Below, piece after piece: positions 32,560 to 46,990 of a stretch of DNA of 64,000 nucleotides; the first letter of the stretch is position 1; each line of letters begins with the position of its first letter. Below the pieces are notes generated by a model. The model was not told the DNA's origin. It saw nothing but the letters and a program-made list of their open reading frames with translations, and ran no database searches. Source of the stretch: Octopus vulgaris. Lineage: Eukaryota. The position numbers and the translations under genes are program-made. The DNA is taken from contig OX597823.1 of NCBI GenBank assembly GCA_951406725.2, forward strand, positions 17,422,001 through 17,486,000, given 5' to 3'.

Positions 32560-33460
32560 GCGGTATCATCCAGTCAGGCTGATTGCCCGGTCCAGCCGGA
32601 CCACCTCTCTTCATCCCTCCCGATCTTCCATTAGTGTTTTTAGGTCTTCAATTTGGCATCCAACATCTTCTGCAAGCTGTTGTATATACGTTTTCCGAGG
32701 TCTTTTGGCCGCTGTAGTACCATGATTTGGTGTCCATAGTAACACATTACTCACTAGTTCTTCTTTACTTCTCCAGCAGTGGCCAGCAAAACCTCAATCT
32801 CCGCTCTTCACTGGTTGATGAGGAAGTTGGTACATTCCCATTTAACCATTGTTTTGTTAGGTGGTCCCTCCAAGAGATGTTGGGCACTGTACGTAACATT
32901 CACGTGTAGGCACTGTCCAGCATGCAACCGAGTCTCTTGGTGAAAGTTCAAGATGGAGATCCATATACAAGCACAGATTTAACAACTGCTCTGAAGAACT
33001 GTCTCTTCAATTTATCTTGTAGGATTGATTTCCATACTGTTCTAAGACCGTCTATAGCTGCGCAAGCCTTAGCAACGCGAGATTTAATATCTTTTTCAGT
33101 GGACACGATACTGCTGCCTAGGTAAGTAAACTTGTTGTCATTTTTCATGGGCTTCTGTTTGATGGTCCTGACTTCACCTATTGTATTTAGGGTGATAAAC
33201 TCTGTCTCCTTGTTCTTCCTGTGTCCCGATTATTGCGTACCTCAATAGATCAACAGAATGATCTGGGTTTCACTTTACAGAAGTCTAGAAGCAAAAGATA
33301 TCCGGCCAACTACTTGACTGTCGCCGACTATGCTGATGACATAAGCGCTCTTCGCAGACAAAGCTAAAGATGCTGAGCGTTCACTCCATATCCTAGAAAA
33401 TACTGCCGCTAACATAGGACTAAATGTGAATGAAAAGAAAACAGGGTTTGTCACTCATTA
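32560..33460. mobile_element. RTE-like LINE 3' fragment (minus, ~32560-33215) with an inverted upstream RT segment (plus, ~33260-33460)
   Basis: Minus: FTYLGSSIVSTEKDIKSRVAKA...FFRAVVKSVLVYG. Plus: ADYADDI...IGLNVNEKKT. Confidence 0.8.
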
Positions 33461-33799
33461 ATGAATACATATATATATATACATTCATTATGGCTGCCCC
33501 CTCGTTATCGAGTATGGCCATTGCACGAAGCTTAACTGTTACTGGTGCTGTGATCGAATGTGACTTTTTAGCCCAGCTAAAGATCTACAAAGTCTTGTAC
33601 AAAATTGGCAACTAAAACCTTTACTGGTAATATACATTCATACATACATATATTCATGCATATATGCATGCACACATATATACATACAAATATACATACA
33701 TAGGTTCGACTTACGCGCTTATGAAACTGTCATACAGAGCTGTCAAACTGTTATTAAAAAATATATGTAATACTATCACTTTCGTTTGTTCACTCACAC

Positions 33800-33839
<40 letters not shown>

Positions 33840-34210
33840 GCATGTGCATGTGTGTGTGTGTGCGTGTGTGCGTGTGTGTGTGTGCGTGTGTTCATATTCA
33901 GTCATCACGTTATAAAAAACAGTTTTAAAAAATTTTAAACTATCTAAAAAGACTTCAAGATAAGGAATTTCGCGAGAGCATTTTCTGCTGGTTTGAATCA
34001 AAGATGCTCATGTTCAAAGATTTTGACACGGAAATCCTTGGTTTAATATCATTTATCTGAAGAGGTGATGACAGCCGAAAGAGATTACACACAAATCTTT
34101 ATATCTTGAAACGGGTTTGTGTTATGTTTTGATTTCTTTTTAAGTCTTCTGAGAGAATTTTTAATATTTAAAGAAATTTACTTCACGCACACACACACAT
34201 ACACATACAC

Positions 34211-34299
<89 letters not shown>

Positions 34300-34625
34300 A
34301 GTACGCACGCCTGCACACACAAGCGTTAGTTATTCATAAGTCAGAATAGAAGCATATGATAGACACTATGAATGGAAGGTGTGCACTTCAGGCCAGCATG
34401 GCTGAAAAGTCAACAATATTCTTTTCTACTCTAGGCACAAGGCCCGAAATTTTTGGGGAGGGAGTCAGTCGATTTCTACTCGTCTGATTTTGCCCAATAA
34501 AATGATTTACTTACTGGAATTTAAAATCAAAATTTAGGTAAAATCAAAACAGCTGTAAGAGAATATATTGAATTTTGGTAGTTAATAAATTATATGGTAC
34601 ACCTCCATTTTCTGAATTTTAATTT

Positions 34626-34691
<66 letters not shown>

Positions 34692-34860
34692 AGGGAAAGT
34701 TTACGAAAAAAGCAAAAAACGAAGACAGGTGATGTACAAAACAAACAGATATATTAGTATAACGCTCAGGAATAGAAAAAGCCTTTTACGTTTCGAGCCT
34801 ACGCTCTTCTACAGAAAGGGACACAGAAAAAACAAGGAGAGAAAAAAATGTGTGTAATGG

Positions 34861-34909
<49 letters not shown>

Positions 34910-35204
34910 GTCTGTATGCATTTATGTATGCATGTATGTATGTATATATTGAACATCTCATGTAACCTCTCCCAAAACATCTTTCCAAAACCGTAGAAAG
35001 CAAATTCAACACCAGAATTCTTTTTCAACTTACTCACGTATATATTATAGGTACGAGTTTTCCATAAGAAATCATTCATGATGAAACCCTAAAAAGACGA
35101 AAGCGTTAAATAAATAGCTTTTATCCAAATCCTGACTACCTCCTTTTTCTTAGTATATAAAATCTATACAACACTTCAAACAATCTATACATATATAGTG
35201 TAGA

Positions 35205-35357
35205 GTGGAGGCGCAATGGCCCAGTGGTTAGGGCAGCGGACTCGCAGTCATAGGATCGCGGTTTCGATTCCAAGACCGGGCGTTGTGAGTGTTTATTGAG
35301 CGAAAACACATAAACCGGAACCCTCGTCGTCGTAACCGACGGAGTGCTTCCATATCC
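35205..35357 (+). mobile_element. Internally deleted SINE family B
   Basis: Head joined directly to the tail; TSD atatagtgtaga at 35193-35204 and 35358-35369. Confidence 0.85.
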
Positions 35358-35728
35358 ATATAGTGTAGATGCGCCATACAAGTTACGCGTGGGCGTTTAT
35401 ACATCCATATCCGTTAGCGGTTATTTTTAATACTTTTTCTCACTGTATTGCATGCTCGATTTTTTTTACATGTTATTTTATTATTGATCTTCTATATAAA
35501 TGAAGTTATATCCTTTGATTTGCTGCTTTTTTTTCACACGAAATGAGAAGATAGGTTGCGGAACTGTTATTTTAACGAGTTATATCTATTTATCACCCGA
35601 AGAGACACAGCTGCACCATCGGATGCTCCTGAACCAGTTGTTAAGTATCCCACCCATGAGAGATCGATGCCAGATGATTCGAAGCAATTTTAAAATTCCT
35701 TGTATCTTCCATCTTCCGCCTTTCCTTT

Positions 35729-35808
<80 letters not shown>

Positions 35809-35953
35809 GGGAGTATAACTCCAAACTTACAGGGAAAAATTCAATTTAGTATTAAATCAAATTTCACAATATATTTTATTTATGATTTATTTTTATTTAT
35901 GATTTGGTTTGTGTCTATCATTGTTTCAATTGCATAATAGTGTTTTTTCCCTA

Positions 35954-36042
<89 letters not shown>

Positions 36043-36441
36043 CATATCCATATATGCATACACAAGTACATTTTCATACACTTATATATAAATATATGAA
36101 AACATTCATACACACACATGTGTATGTATTTGCGGATTATTTGTGTGTAAGCCTTCCTTCCGGAAGTTTACTCTAGGCAGCCGCATTCCTTTCCCGTAAC
36201 TGTACATCATGTGATTGCTTATATGAATACCTTATCGCTTTCTATCTCTTCATATTAATATTAAAAAAAGGGACTATAAGCATGTGTGTTGATATGCACA
36301 CACATATTGAGTATAGATGCACACGCGTTCACACGTGCTTCTATGTACTCACGTGCTGAATTGTGTAGATATATATATTCATACATTTTAATAAAGATAT
36401 GATAGTAGCAGAGGGGATCAGAGACAGAGAAAGAGAGAGAG

Positions 36442-36477
<36 letters not shown>

Positions 36478-37502
36478 TGTGTGTGAGAGAGAGAGAGTGT
36501 GTGTGAGAGAGAGAGTATGTGCGTGAGGGAGAGAGAGAGAGAGTAAAAGAGTGAAGTGGCAGCTATTGGTTTGGGAAACAGTATATCGTGTATATTGAGA
36601 AAAGTGGGGTTAGTTGGAACACTTCATTTCCAGCGGAAAAAATAATAATAAAAGAACGTGATGAGAAGTGTGCTGCCATCTTGTGTAAGTTACTTGCAAC
36701 TATCTTTCAAACATATTGGTATCAAGTCGAGCCAGAAAGCCTTTAAGTGTACAGAGATGTTTCTCTGCTTTTGACATATTGAAATAAAATTTCCGCTTTT
36801 TTAGTAAACGCTGTTATCAAGAACGAATGGTTTTTATATGTTGTTTGTTATATAGAAAGTAACCAGAGTGGGGGCAGCAAATATTTTGCCTGCTCCAAAT
36901 TGTGTCGAGTGCACTACATATGTTAAACTCATAACTGCATGGGGGTTAGTTGACACATGATCATAAGTATTGGAATATGCTCCAAGAAACAGCATTTTCT
37001 CAAGTAAACCGGTTGATATTGTTGCACATACAACCGATACACGTAATTAAATTTCAAAATGAAGTCAGGAGTTTGGCATTCATTTGTGAATGTGAGTTAA
37101 CTTTGTATGGCAACAAACCAGTTTCGAGTGGATAATGAAAGTGCAAGTAAATATTGATTGCATCAGTCTCATAAGAAACATGAACATATTTCATTGGCGA
37201 CACATGAGATTCTACTTTTGGGTTGTTTAACCTGTTTCTATCGTCATAATGCACGTGATCGTTTTTTTGTTTTTCAACATAAATAATGCTAACAGTTCTT
37301 TAGCTGTATGAATTCACTCCACATAAGATTTAGAATCTCAGCGAAAGCCGATCTACAACAGCACAGAGGCCACGAAAAGTCAAGCCTGAAAAAAGACGTC
37401 AAATTTAACTCTTTGGTAAAATCGAAACAGCTGTAAGAGAATATATTGAATTTTGGTAGTTAATAAATTATATGCTACATCTCCATTTTCTGAATTTTAA
37501 TT

Positions 37503-37560
<58 letters not shown>

Positions 37561-37689
37561 AAAGTTTACGAAAAAACAAAAGACGAAGACAGGTGGTGTA
37601 CAAAACAAACAGATGTATTAGATTAGGGCCAAAGTATCAACAAAGTAAGAGTAGTTAGCGATTATTTGCTGGGTAATCAGTGCGACAGG

Positions 37690-39780
37690 GAACACTGTTC
37701 CTCTTAAGTGCTCCCTCAAGTCAACCTTAAGGACGATTTTCTTCATGTTGCACCACCAGATCCTATCAGTGTGGAACAGCCGTCAAGGTAGCTGACAGCA
37801 GAAATATTACTCACTTTTATGAAGTAGTTTGTGACACACATTAAGTATGCATCTAAGTAAAGATTATAAATGATAATTACGAGCCACATCAGTATATAGA
37901 TCCGTTTACCATGTCCATGAAAATAGAGTGGTATTATTGTCGTTTTCTTTACTCTGCTCACACAAAATGCAACCTCTTGATAGGACATTTTGAGGCTTTT
38001 CAACACTCTGTACAACCTTGCTGCTGTTATGTAGATGAAGGAAACGAAAGTAAAACGATGATGATATATAAAATTCCTGGATCCGTTGGGAAGGCATTTC
38101 CTCGAGCCATAATTCCAACCAATATTTTATCATGTTTTAGAGTAACTAGCATTTATCCTCTAGACGGGTACATTTTCACCAATGATGATTTACCCCGTTC
38201 TAATGTTACAGATTACCATTTAAACAGTGATGAAGCGCCTGATTCAAGAGAAGTTGCAACAATCAGTTCCTCATCAGTTGTTCTGCTGACCGCAAATGCT
38301 GCAATATAAAGTCAAGCATAGCTCAGGTCTCTTAACTCTGACTCAGATCTCTTAACTCTGGTTCAGGTCTCTTAACTCTGGCTCAGGTTTCTTAACTCTG
38401 ACTCAGATCTCTTAACTCTGGCTCAGGTTTCTTAACTCTGGTTCAGGTTTCTTAACTCTGGTTCAGGTTTCTTAACTCTGGTTCAGGTTTCTTAAATCTG
38501 ACTCAGATCTCTTAACTCTGGCTCAGTTCTCTTAACTCTGGCTCAGATATCTTAACTCTGACTCAGGTCTCTTAACTCTGGCTCAGGTCTCTTAACTCTG
38601 GCTCAGTTCTCTTAACTCTGGCTCAGGTCTCTTAACTCTGGCTCAGGTCTCTTAACTCTGGCTCAGATCTCTTAACTCTGGCTCAGATCTCTTAACTCTG
38701 GTTCAGGTCTCTTAACTCTGGCTCAGGTCGCTTAACTCTGGCTCAGATCTCTTAACTCTGGCTCAGGTCTCTTAACTCTGGCTCAGGTCGCTTAACTCTG
38801 GCTCAGATCTCTTAACTCTGGCTCAGATCTCTTAACTCTGGCTCAGGTCTCTTAACTCTGGCTCAGGTCGCTTAACTCTGGCTCAGATCTCTTAACTCTG
38901 GCTCAGGTCTCTTAACTCTGGCTCAGATCTCTTAACTCTGGCTCAGGTCTCTTAACTCTGGCTCAGGTCTCTTAACTCTGACTCAGACCTCTTAACTCTG
39001 GTTCAGACCTCTTAACTCTGGTTCAGACCTCTTAACTCTGACTCAGATCTCTTAACTCTGGCTCTGGTCTCTTAACTCTGGCTCAGGTTTCTTAACTCTG
39101 GTTCAGACCTCTTAACTCTGACTCAGGTTCCTTAACTCTGACTCAGATCTCTTAACTCTGGCTCAGGTCTCTTAACTCTGGTTCAGACCTCTTAACTCTG
39201 GCTCAGGTTTCTTAACTCTGGTTCAGACCTCTTAACTCTGGTTCAGACCTCTTAACTCTGGTTCAGACCTCTTAACTCTGGCTCAGTTCTCTTAACTCTG
39301 GCTCAGATCTCTTAACTCTGGCTCAGGTCTCTTAACTCTGACTCAGGTCTCTTAACTCTGGCTCAGATCTCTTAACTTTGGTTCAGATATCTTAACTCTG
39401 GCTCAGATCTCTTAACTTTGGTTCAGATCTCTTAACTCTGGCTCAGGTATCTTAACTCTGGCTCAGGTCTCTTAACTCTGGCTCAGTTCTCTTAACTCTA
39501 GAGAATATTTATCTTTCATTAAAGCTGGCTCAAGAAAGAAATCAAAAAGTGCATGGTAATTATCTGAAGACACCTGCACAGGGGATTAATTGTGAGGACA
39601 GTAGTGAAGAGAATAGTTTCCACAGACCTTATATCTGATGAAAAGGAGCATCTCACGGTAAACAAAACACAAACAATGTAGAGACCCTTCAAATGATAAG
39701 GCGGGGCACTGTATTTTTGTGTGTTTTACAAAGAAAAAAGAGTGCACAATAATGTATACCAGTTAATGAAGTGAACAAAA
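37690..39780 (+). mobile_element. Decayed pogo/DDE_1-type transposase fragment split by a minisatellite
   Basis: IYKIPGSVGKAFPRAIIPTNILSCFRVTSIYPLDGYIFTNDD plus upstream remnants of H.MQPLD; a KAGSRKK motif resumes after the array. Boundaries approximate. Confidence 0.65.
38321..39500. repeat. 20-bp minisatellite (gctcaggtctcttaactctg), 59 copies
   Basis: Exact 20-bp phase over 1180 bp with no indels. Confidence 0.97.
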
Positions 39781-39844
39781 ACCATGAACTAGTCAACGAT
39801 ATCATGATATCATGATATCATGAATATAACGATATCATGAATAA

Positions 39845-40076
39845 AGGCGGCGAGCTGGCAGAAACGTTAGCACACCGGGCGAAATGCTTATCGGTATTGC
39901 GTCTGTCGTTGCGTTCTGAGTTCAAATTCCGCCGAGGTCGACTTTGCCTTTCATCCTTTCGGGGTCGATAGATTAAGTACCAGTTACGCACTGGGGTCGA
40001 TGTAATCGACTTAAACCGTTTGTCTGTCCTTGTTTGTCCTCTCTGTGTTTAGCCCCTTGTGGGCAATAAAGAAACA
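39845..40076 (+). mobile_element. SINE family C
   Basis: TSD gatatcatgaat at 39831-39842 and 40077-40088. Confidence 0.88.
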
Positions 40077-40659
40077 GATATCATGAATCCCGTTCCGAAC
40101 AAATAGTTTTCGCCCAACAATTTCATAACACCATATTATATTAAAATATGCACACATGCCGGAGTATATGTACACATGCAAGTATATGTTTTCAATCAAA
40201 CGACATTATTCATAGACTTAAGTCACAAAAATTACTATTTTCAGGAATCACTGAGAGCTGAAGTGGTTGCACATATGTACATCTATGATGTAGTAAGCTT
40301 ATCAATATGTTGGCGGCGATACTGTAGCCTCCTTGCTGTTGAGAGTTAAGTCATATATGGCGGATTTAGCCGTCCACATCAACTAGTAAGAGATAACACC
40401 TAATGTGACGTGTTACTGCATTCGCTACTCTCTTGTCGGTCATCAAATTCATGGCGAAATTTTATGACTGTCTGGCTGTCTGCTTTTCGTTTTTCATAAG
40501 TTGTGTTTAGCTTAACCAAAGCTTGACTGATCACCAATCAATAACTTTTGATTCTATATTTTTACTAATATCAGTCAATAAATTTGATGCAAAGTTGTTC
40601 AGCATTGGTTTGTTTTTCATGACGTCATTACTAAAAACAACCCCAACAGAAGTTCACAT

Positions 40660-41039
40660 GGAAGCACTCCGTCGGTTACGACGACGAGGGTTCCGGTTGA
40701 TCCGATCAACGGAACAGCCTGCTCGTGAAATTAACGTGTAAGTGGCTGAGCACTCCACAGACACGTGTACTCTTAACGTAGTTCTCGGGGATATTCAGCG
40801 TGACACAGAGAGTGACAAGGCCGGCCCTTTGAAATACAGGTACAACAGAAACAGGAAGTAAGAGTGAGAGAAAGTTGTGGTGAAAGAGTACAGCAGGGAT
40901 CACCACCATCCCTGCCGGAGCCTCATGGAGCTTTAGGTGTCTTCGCTCAATAAACACTCATAACGCCCGGTCTGGGAATCGAAACCGCGATCCTACGACT
41001 GCGAGTCCGCTGCCCTAACCACTGGGCCATTCCGCCTCC
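40660..41039 (-). mobile_element. SINE family B, full length
   Basis: TSD acagaagttcacat at 40646-40659 and 41040-41053. Confidence 0.9.
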
Positions 41040-41664
41040 ACAGAAGTTCACATATTGTTCAATTGGTCAGATTTTTGCTGACATCATTACCCAATCAGTC
41101 GAAATTTCAGTTGTTGCGAAAGAAGAATTTTCTGGTTGAGAGAAAAATCAACAGGCTTGCTGTTCGAATCAACATGCGGATCTGCAATACAAGTAACAGA
41201 AAACGATTCATTGATAGCCAAAACAATCCTACTACTTTACTACAAAACTTTATTATCTATATTTCAGATATTTTTATAAAAAAGATAAAGAAAAAGAATA
41301 GAAGAAATATTTTAAAGCATTTAATCGAAAATGCTAGTGCAAACATACTAAAACACATTCAATGTTGCTTAAACTTGTGAAATTTTAAACTGCTATTTCA
41401 GTTACAAGAATTCGGTTTGAATGTTGAATTAAGATAAGAAAAATTAAACAAATAAAAAAGGGGGAAAAAAAAAAGATCGGGAGTAAAAACAAAAGAAAAA
41501 TACTAAAAATGACAAATTTGGCGAAAAAAAGGTACTGGTTAACGCAAATGTCAGTGCACAGAGATTGTGTTTATATTTACATTCAGATGACTGTAAATGT
41601 GGGGGCAGCAGACATTATAAGACGTGTGTTATTGTTGTTGTTTTGGTTGTTGTGTTGTTGATGG

Positions 41665-42634
41665 TCTTCTTCTTCTTCTTCTTCTTCTTCTTCTTCTTCT
41701 TCTTCTTCTTCTTCTTCTTCTTCTTCTTCTTCTTCTTCTTCTTCTTCTTCTTCTTCTTCTTCTTCTTCTTCTTCTTCTTCTTCTTCTTCTTCTTCTAATT
41801 CTTCTTCTTTTCCTTCTTCTTCTTCTTCTTCTTCTTCTTCTTCTTCTTTTTCTTCTTCTTCTTCTTCTTCTTCTTCTTCTTCTTCTTCTAATTCTTCTTC
41901 TTTTCCTTCTTCTTCTTCTTCTTCTTCTTCTTCTTCTTCTTCTTCTAATTCTTCTTCTTTTCCCTCTTCTTCTTCTTCTTCTTCTTCTTCTTTCCTTCTT
42001 CTTTTTCTTCTTCTTCTTCTTCTTCTTCTTCTTCTTCTTCTTCTTCTTCTTCTTCTTCTTCTAATTCTTCTTCTTTTCCTTCTTCTTCTTCTTCTTCTTC
42101 TTCTTCTAATTCTTCTTCTTTTCCCTCTTCTTCTTCTTCTTCTTCTTCTTCTTTCCTTCTTCTTCTTCTTCTTCTTCTTCTTCTTCTTCTTCTTCTTCTT
42201 CTTCTTCTAATTCTTCTTCTTTTCCTTCTTCTTCTTCTTCTTCTTCTTCTTCTTCTTCTTTTCCTTCTTCTTCTACTTCTTCTTCTTCTAATTCTTCTTC
42301 TTTTCCTTCTTCTTCTTCTTCTTCTTCTTCTTTTCCTTCTTCTTCTACTTCTTCTTCTTCTTCTTCTTCTAATTCTTCTTCTTTTCTTCTTCTTCTTCTT
42401 CTTCTTCTTCTTCTTCTTTTCCTTCTTCTTCTTCTTCTTCTTCTTCTAATTCTTTTTCTTTTCCTTCTTCTTCTTTCCTTCTTCTTCTTCTTCTTCTTCT
42501 TCTTCTTCTTCTTCTTCTTCTTCTTCTTCTTCTTCTTCTTCTTCTTCTTCTTCTCTCTTCTTCTTCTTCTTCTTCTTCTTCTTCTTCTTCTTCTTCTTCT
42601 TCTTCTTCTTCTTCTTCTTCTTCTTCTTCTTCTT
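41665..42634. repeat. (TTC)n tract with a recurring higher-order interruption
   Basis: Motif ctaattcttcttcttttcc recurs between variable TTC runs. Confidence 0.95.
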
Positions 42635-42787
42635 TTGTTTTGCTCTTGATTCTGAGTTCAATCTTAACTAGAATGGAAGTTTTCTTTACTTTTTCTTTCT
42701 TTTATTCATTCTTACGGTGCCAGTAATCACCGATTTAATAAACTACGTTCTCTGTCTGCCTGCCTCTCTCTCTTTTCGTTCCTTTTC

Positions 42788-42832
<45 letters not shown>

Positions 42833-42894
42833 CACTTCCACACATATTAATATCTATATCTATATAAATGTACATACATATTTACGTGCACACA

Positions 42895-42931
<37 letters not shown>

Positions 42932-42955
42932 GTGTGTATATATATATACATATAC

Positions 42956-43029
<74 letters not shown>

Positions 43030-43050
43030 GTATATACATACATACACATA

Positions 43051-43845
43051 CAGGGGTTGGACAGAATAATGGTAACACCTGGCATCATAACATCATAATT
43101 TTGAAATATCTATAAAACCGTGAAAAGCTTGTTTATTTTTATGTTTTTTTTTTCTATTTATTGTTGGTGTAGCTTAATATATTTTGCTAAAATTGCTGTT
43201 TCTTTTCAGATAACATCAGAAAAAGGTGATCAAAATTCATTAAAAGGACAGATCTATCGGACTTTGAAAGAGGTCAAATTGTTGGTGCCTGTATGGCAGG
43301 CGCTAGCGTAACGAAAACAGCCGAAATGTTTGGTGTATCAAGAAGTATTGTCTCAAAAGCCTTTGAAAAAGCGGGAAAAACCTCCTCGTCGAAAAAAAAC
43401 ACCAGAAGAAAATCAAAACTCTCAGATAGGGACCGTCGGACTCTTACGCGAATTGTTAAAAAGGATTACAAAAGTACAGCTCTCAAAATTACTGCAGAGT
43501 TTAATGACCATCTCCAGAACATAGTTTCCGCAAAAACTGTTCGCCGGGTGCTGTACAAAGCCGAATTTCACGGGAGAGTTGCAATCAGAAAACCACTACT
43601 TTCAAAACTAAACGTTGCAAAGCGTTCAGGGTGGAGTAAAAACCTATAGAACTGGTCCCTAGAACAGTAGAAGAATGTTATTTTCTCGGACGAGTCATCC
43701 TTTACCTTATTTCCGACCACCGGCCGAGTATACGAGTGGAGACAGCCAAAAGAAGCTTTTGACCCAGACTGTCTTCTTCCAACTATTAAGCATGGGTGGG
43801 TGGGGGATCTGTGATGATCTGGTGGGGCTATATTTTGGAAATCCG
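43051..43845 (+). mobile_element. Tc1-like transposon, 5' part; transposase pseudogene
   Basis: TA-caggggttgg left end; DLSDFERGQIVG...MAGASVTKTAEMFGVSRS HTH, RKPLLS, VIFSDESSF; in-frame stops. Confidence 0.9.
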
Positions 43846-43879
43846 TTCGAAAACACGTCCGATGTGTTCCCCATCAAAT

Positions 43880-43936
<57 letters not shown>

Positions 43937-44262
43937 TAGTACCAGTGATTGTAGGATCTCTAGAAATGATAAAAAAAGGTAATGAAGCCTATTTGAAAAT
44001 GATACCAGGCTTACCATTCCTACAGGAAGTGCAAAAATTCGTGTTAGATAGAACGACTCATGTACTGAGAAGAGCATTATCGCCGTGAAAACAACATCCA
44101 TTCCTGAAAATATATTTATTTATTCATTTTTTTAAAATACATATTTTACCTGTGAATTTGCGTGTGTAATCTGGGAATGCATACAATGAGCTTCTCTGCC
44201 CTAGGTGTACGGAAAACACTCGGCGGGAAATGGAAGAAAATTTGAAGAAAGAGGGCAAAATA
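43937..44262 (+). mobile_element. 5'-truncated R4/Dong-like element flanked by (TAA)n
   Basis: IVPVIVGSLEMIKK...EVQKFVLDRTTHVLRRALS resembles the R4/Dong C-terminus; (aat)n on both sides. Confidence 0.75.
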
Positions 44263-44736
44263 ATAATGATAATGTAATATAAATATAATGTTAAATGTTT
44301 GGGGCGCGACTTTTGATCCACCCTGTATTTTTCGAAATAACAATATTCGTCTAGTAAGTAAAATTAGCTACAGTATTTCAGAGACGAGATAAAAAGGAAG
44401 ACACGATACTACGCTACCCACTATTATCACTACCACTAAAACACAAATAAACAACAATTAGCTACAAAATCAAAAGCATAGTAAAATAAAAATAGCTCGA
44501 AGATAAATAAAAAACAACCAGCATCCGACACCGTCGCCCTCTTCCTCAAAAATAAACAAAAATGCATAGAAATGACAAATGGTAACGTGAAGTGTTTGGA
44601 CCTTGGAGCGGTTTCGGCGTGGGCCGAGGTGTGCAGCAGCAGTAGTAGTTAAAACTGTTAGTAAAATAACACCATTCGTTAACAGTTACTATTTTTAAGT
44701 TAAAGGGAGAGAGAGAGACAGAGGGAAAGAGGGGCA

Positions 44737-44778
<42 letters not shown>

Positions 44779-44881
44779 GAGAGAGAGGTGAGGGAGAGAG
44801 GTGGGTTCAGACCAGATGTTAACTAACTCAAACTTACAGCAGGTTGCGGAAATAATGCTGCTCTGCCGATATTTTGTATTT

Positions 44882-45291
<410 letters not shown>

Positions 45292-45788
45292 CTACACACG
45301 CACACAGAGACGTACTGAAATTTGACTCTTTTAAAACCAGACTGAATTTGTTCCTGAGAGAGTGAAAATACAAATAATAAGTTAGACATGCAACGGTGAG
45401 CCGCTCTGTGCCGAGCCGAGCTGAGTCGCCCCGCGTTTGGCGCGGCCGGGTCCAACCGGGTCCAACCGAGGCGTTGTGTGGTACGAAACAAAGATATAGA
45501 TAGACTGACATATTAGTTGTGTAAATTTGCTGGAAGCGTGGGAAAGACGAAACAATTGCTCGTAGTGAATCATACCACCTCGATGATGTCTTTTTTTGTC
45601 TGGTGCAATGTATTAACAAAAAAAAACAGCAAAAAAAAAAAAAAATGACAACCCCCCTCCCCCCTCAACAAACAAAAAACAAAACAAAAATAACAACCAA
45701 ACATCATCAACGTCTCCAATAGCAACAGTCACTCGCCAGACACATCAGAATTAATGAAATGTTAATGATGGCATCATCGTCTTCGCAC

Positions 45789-45822
<34 letters not shown>

Positions 45823-46066
45823 GTCGTCGTCATCGTCACCACCATCATCATTATCATCATCATCATCATCGTCATTATCATGGTTATCGTCGTCGTCGTC
45901 GGGGGTCATCCCCATCTTCCTCCGCCTCCTCCTCATCAACGTCGTCGTCGTTGCCGCCACCGTCACTTCCACCACTGCCCCTATCAATACCGCCATTAAA
46001 ACGACAGCTACCACCACCACCACCACCACCACCACCACCACCATCACCACCACCATCATCATCATC

Positions 46067-46098
<32 letters not shown>

Positions 46099-46914
46099 CA
46101 TCATTATCATCTACAGCTGCAGTGACGGTGACAGAAAGATGAATAGACAAGTAGATTTGTATGGGAGTAGATATATAGATAAAAGAAGTGTGAGAAGGAG
46201 AGAGAGGGAGAGAGAGAGAGACATAGAGGGAGACAGAGAGAGAAAGAGAGAGAGAGGGAAAGTTTAGAATGCTGCTCTACATTCCGTGATGGATGGATGG
46301 TAACACGATGGTGGCAATAGCAGTGGTGGCCATGGTGCTGTTCTACGTGGCAGTTGTTGGCGGTTGTTGCTGTTATTTGACCTTGATTGAGTAAACATTT
46401 AATGAAAAGCGCTCCTGCCATGACCACCTCAACATATTATTCTGACCTATTGTGAAGGCTCCCCTAATCAAATTTGTCCAAAGACTTTTGCTGAAGACAC
46501 TAGGTTGAGGGAGATTTGGTTGCTATTTCTAGCAGGTCGAGTGACGAAGTAGAAGACTGCGTTGGTGTTGGCGGCAATGGTGTTGCTGATGGCTGCAGTG
46601 GGTAATAGTGGTGATGGTGGCGATGGTGGTGGTGGTGGTGGTGGTGGTGGTGGTGGTGGTGGTGGTGGTAGGAGTAGGAGTATGGTGGTAGTAATGGTAG
46701 TGCAAGAATTATGTTGGCACCGGAATTGAAGAAAATGTCGAGAAATTTTTGAAATTCGCTTTTAATCTTTCTGTTGTTTGATAAATCTGTATTTCACGAC
46801 ATCCTTTAATATGGAAGCATTTAAATGTCTATTCGTTAACTGCGTACGGAAGCTGCAAAACTCGTTACCTCGTACGCATGCACTCAGTTACACCGCCCAT
46901 CCCTCCTCATATAT

Positions 46915-46926
46915 ATGTGCGTGTGC

Positions 46927-46990
<64 letters not shown>

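Noticed and set aside
38321-39500. CRISPR-like array
   Set aside because: No unique spacers, no cas genes, eukaryotic context.
43051-44327. Complete Tc1 with a right TIR at ~44311-44327
   Set aside because: That end (cagggtggatcaaaag) matches the left end (caggggttggacag) only poorly; probably a different element.
45751-46150. His/Pro/Asp-rich ORFs resembling a transcription-factor exon
   Set aside because: Mixed CAT/CAC/CGT triplet repeats open in several frames; no domain or convincing splice structure.
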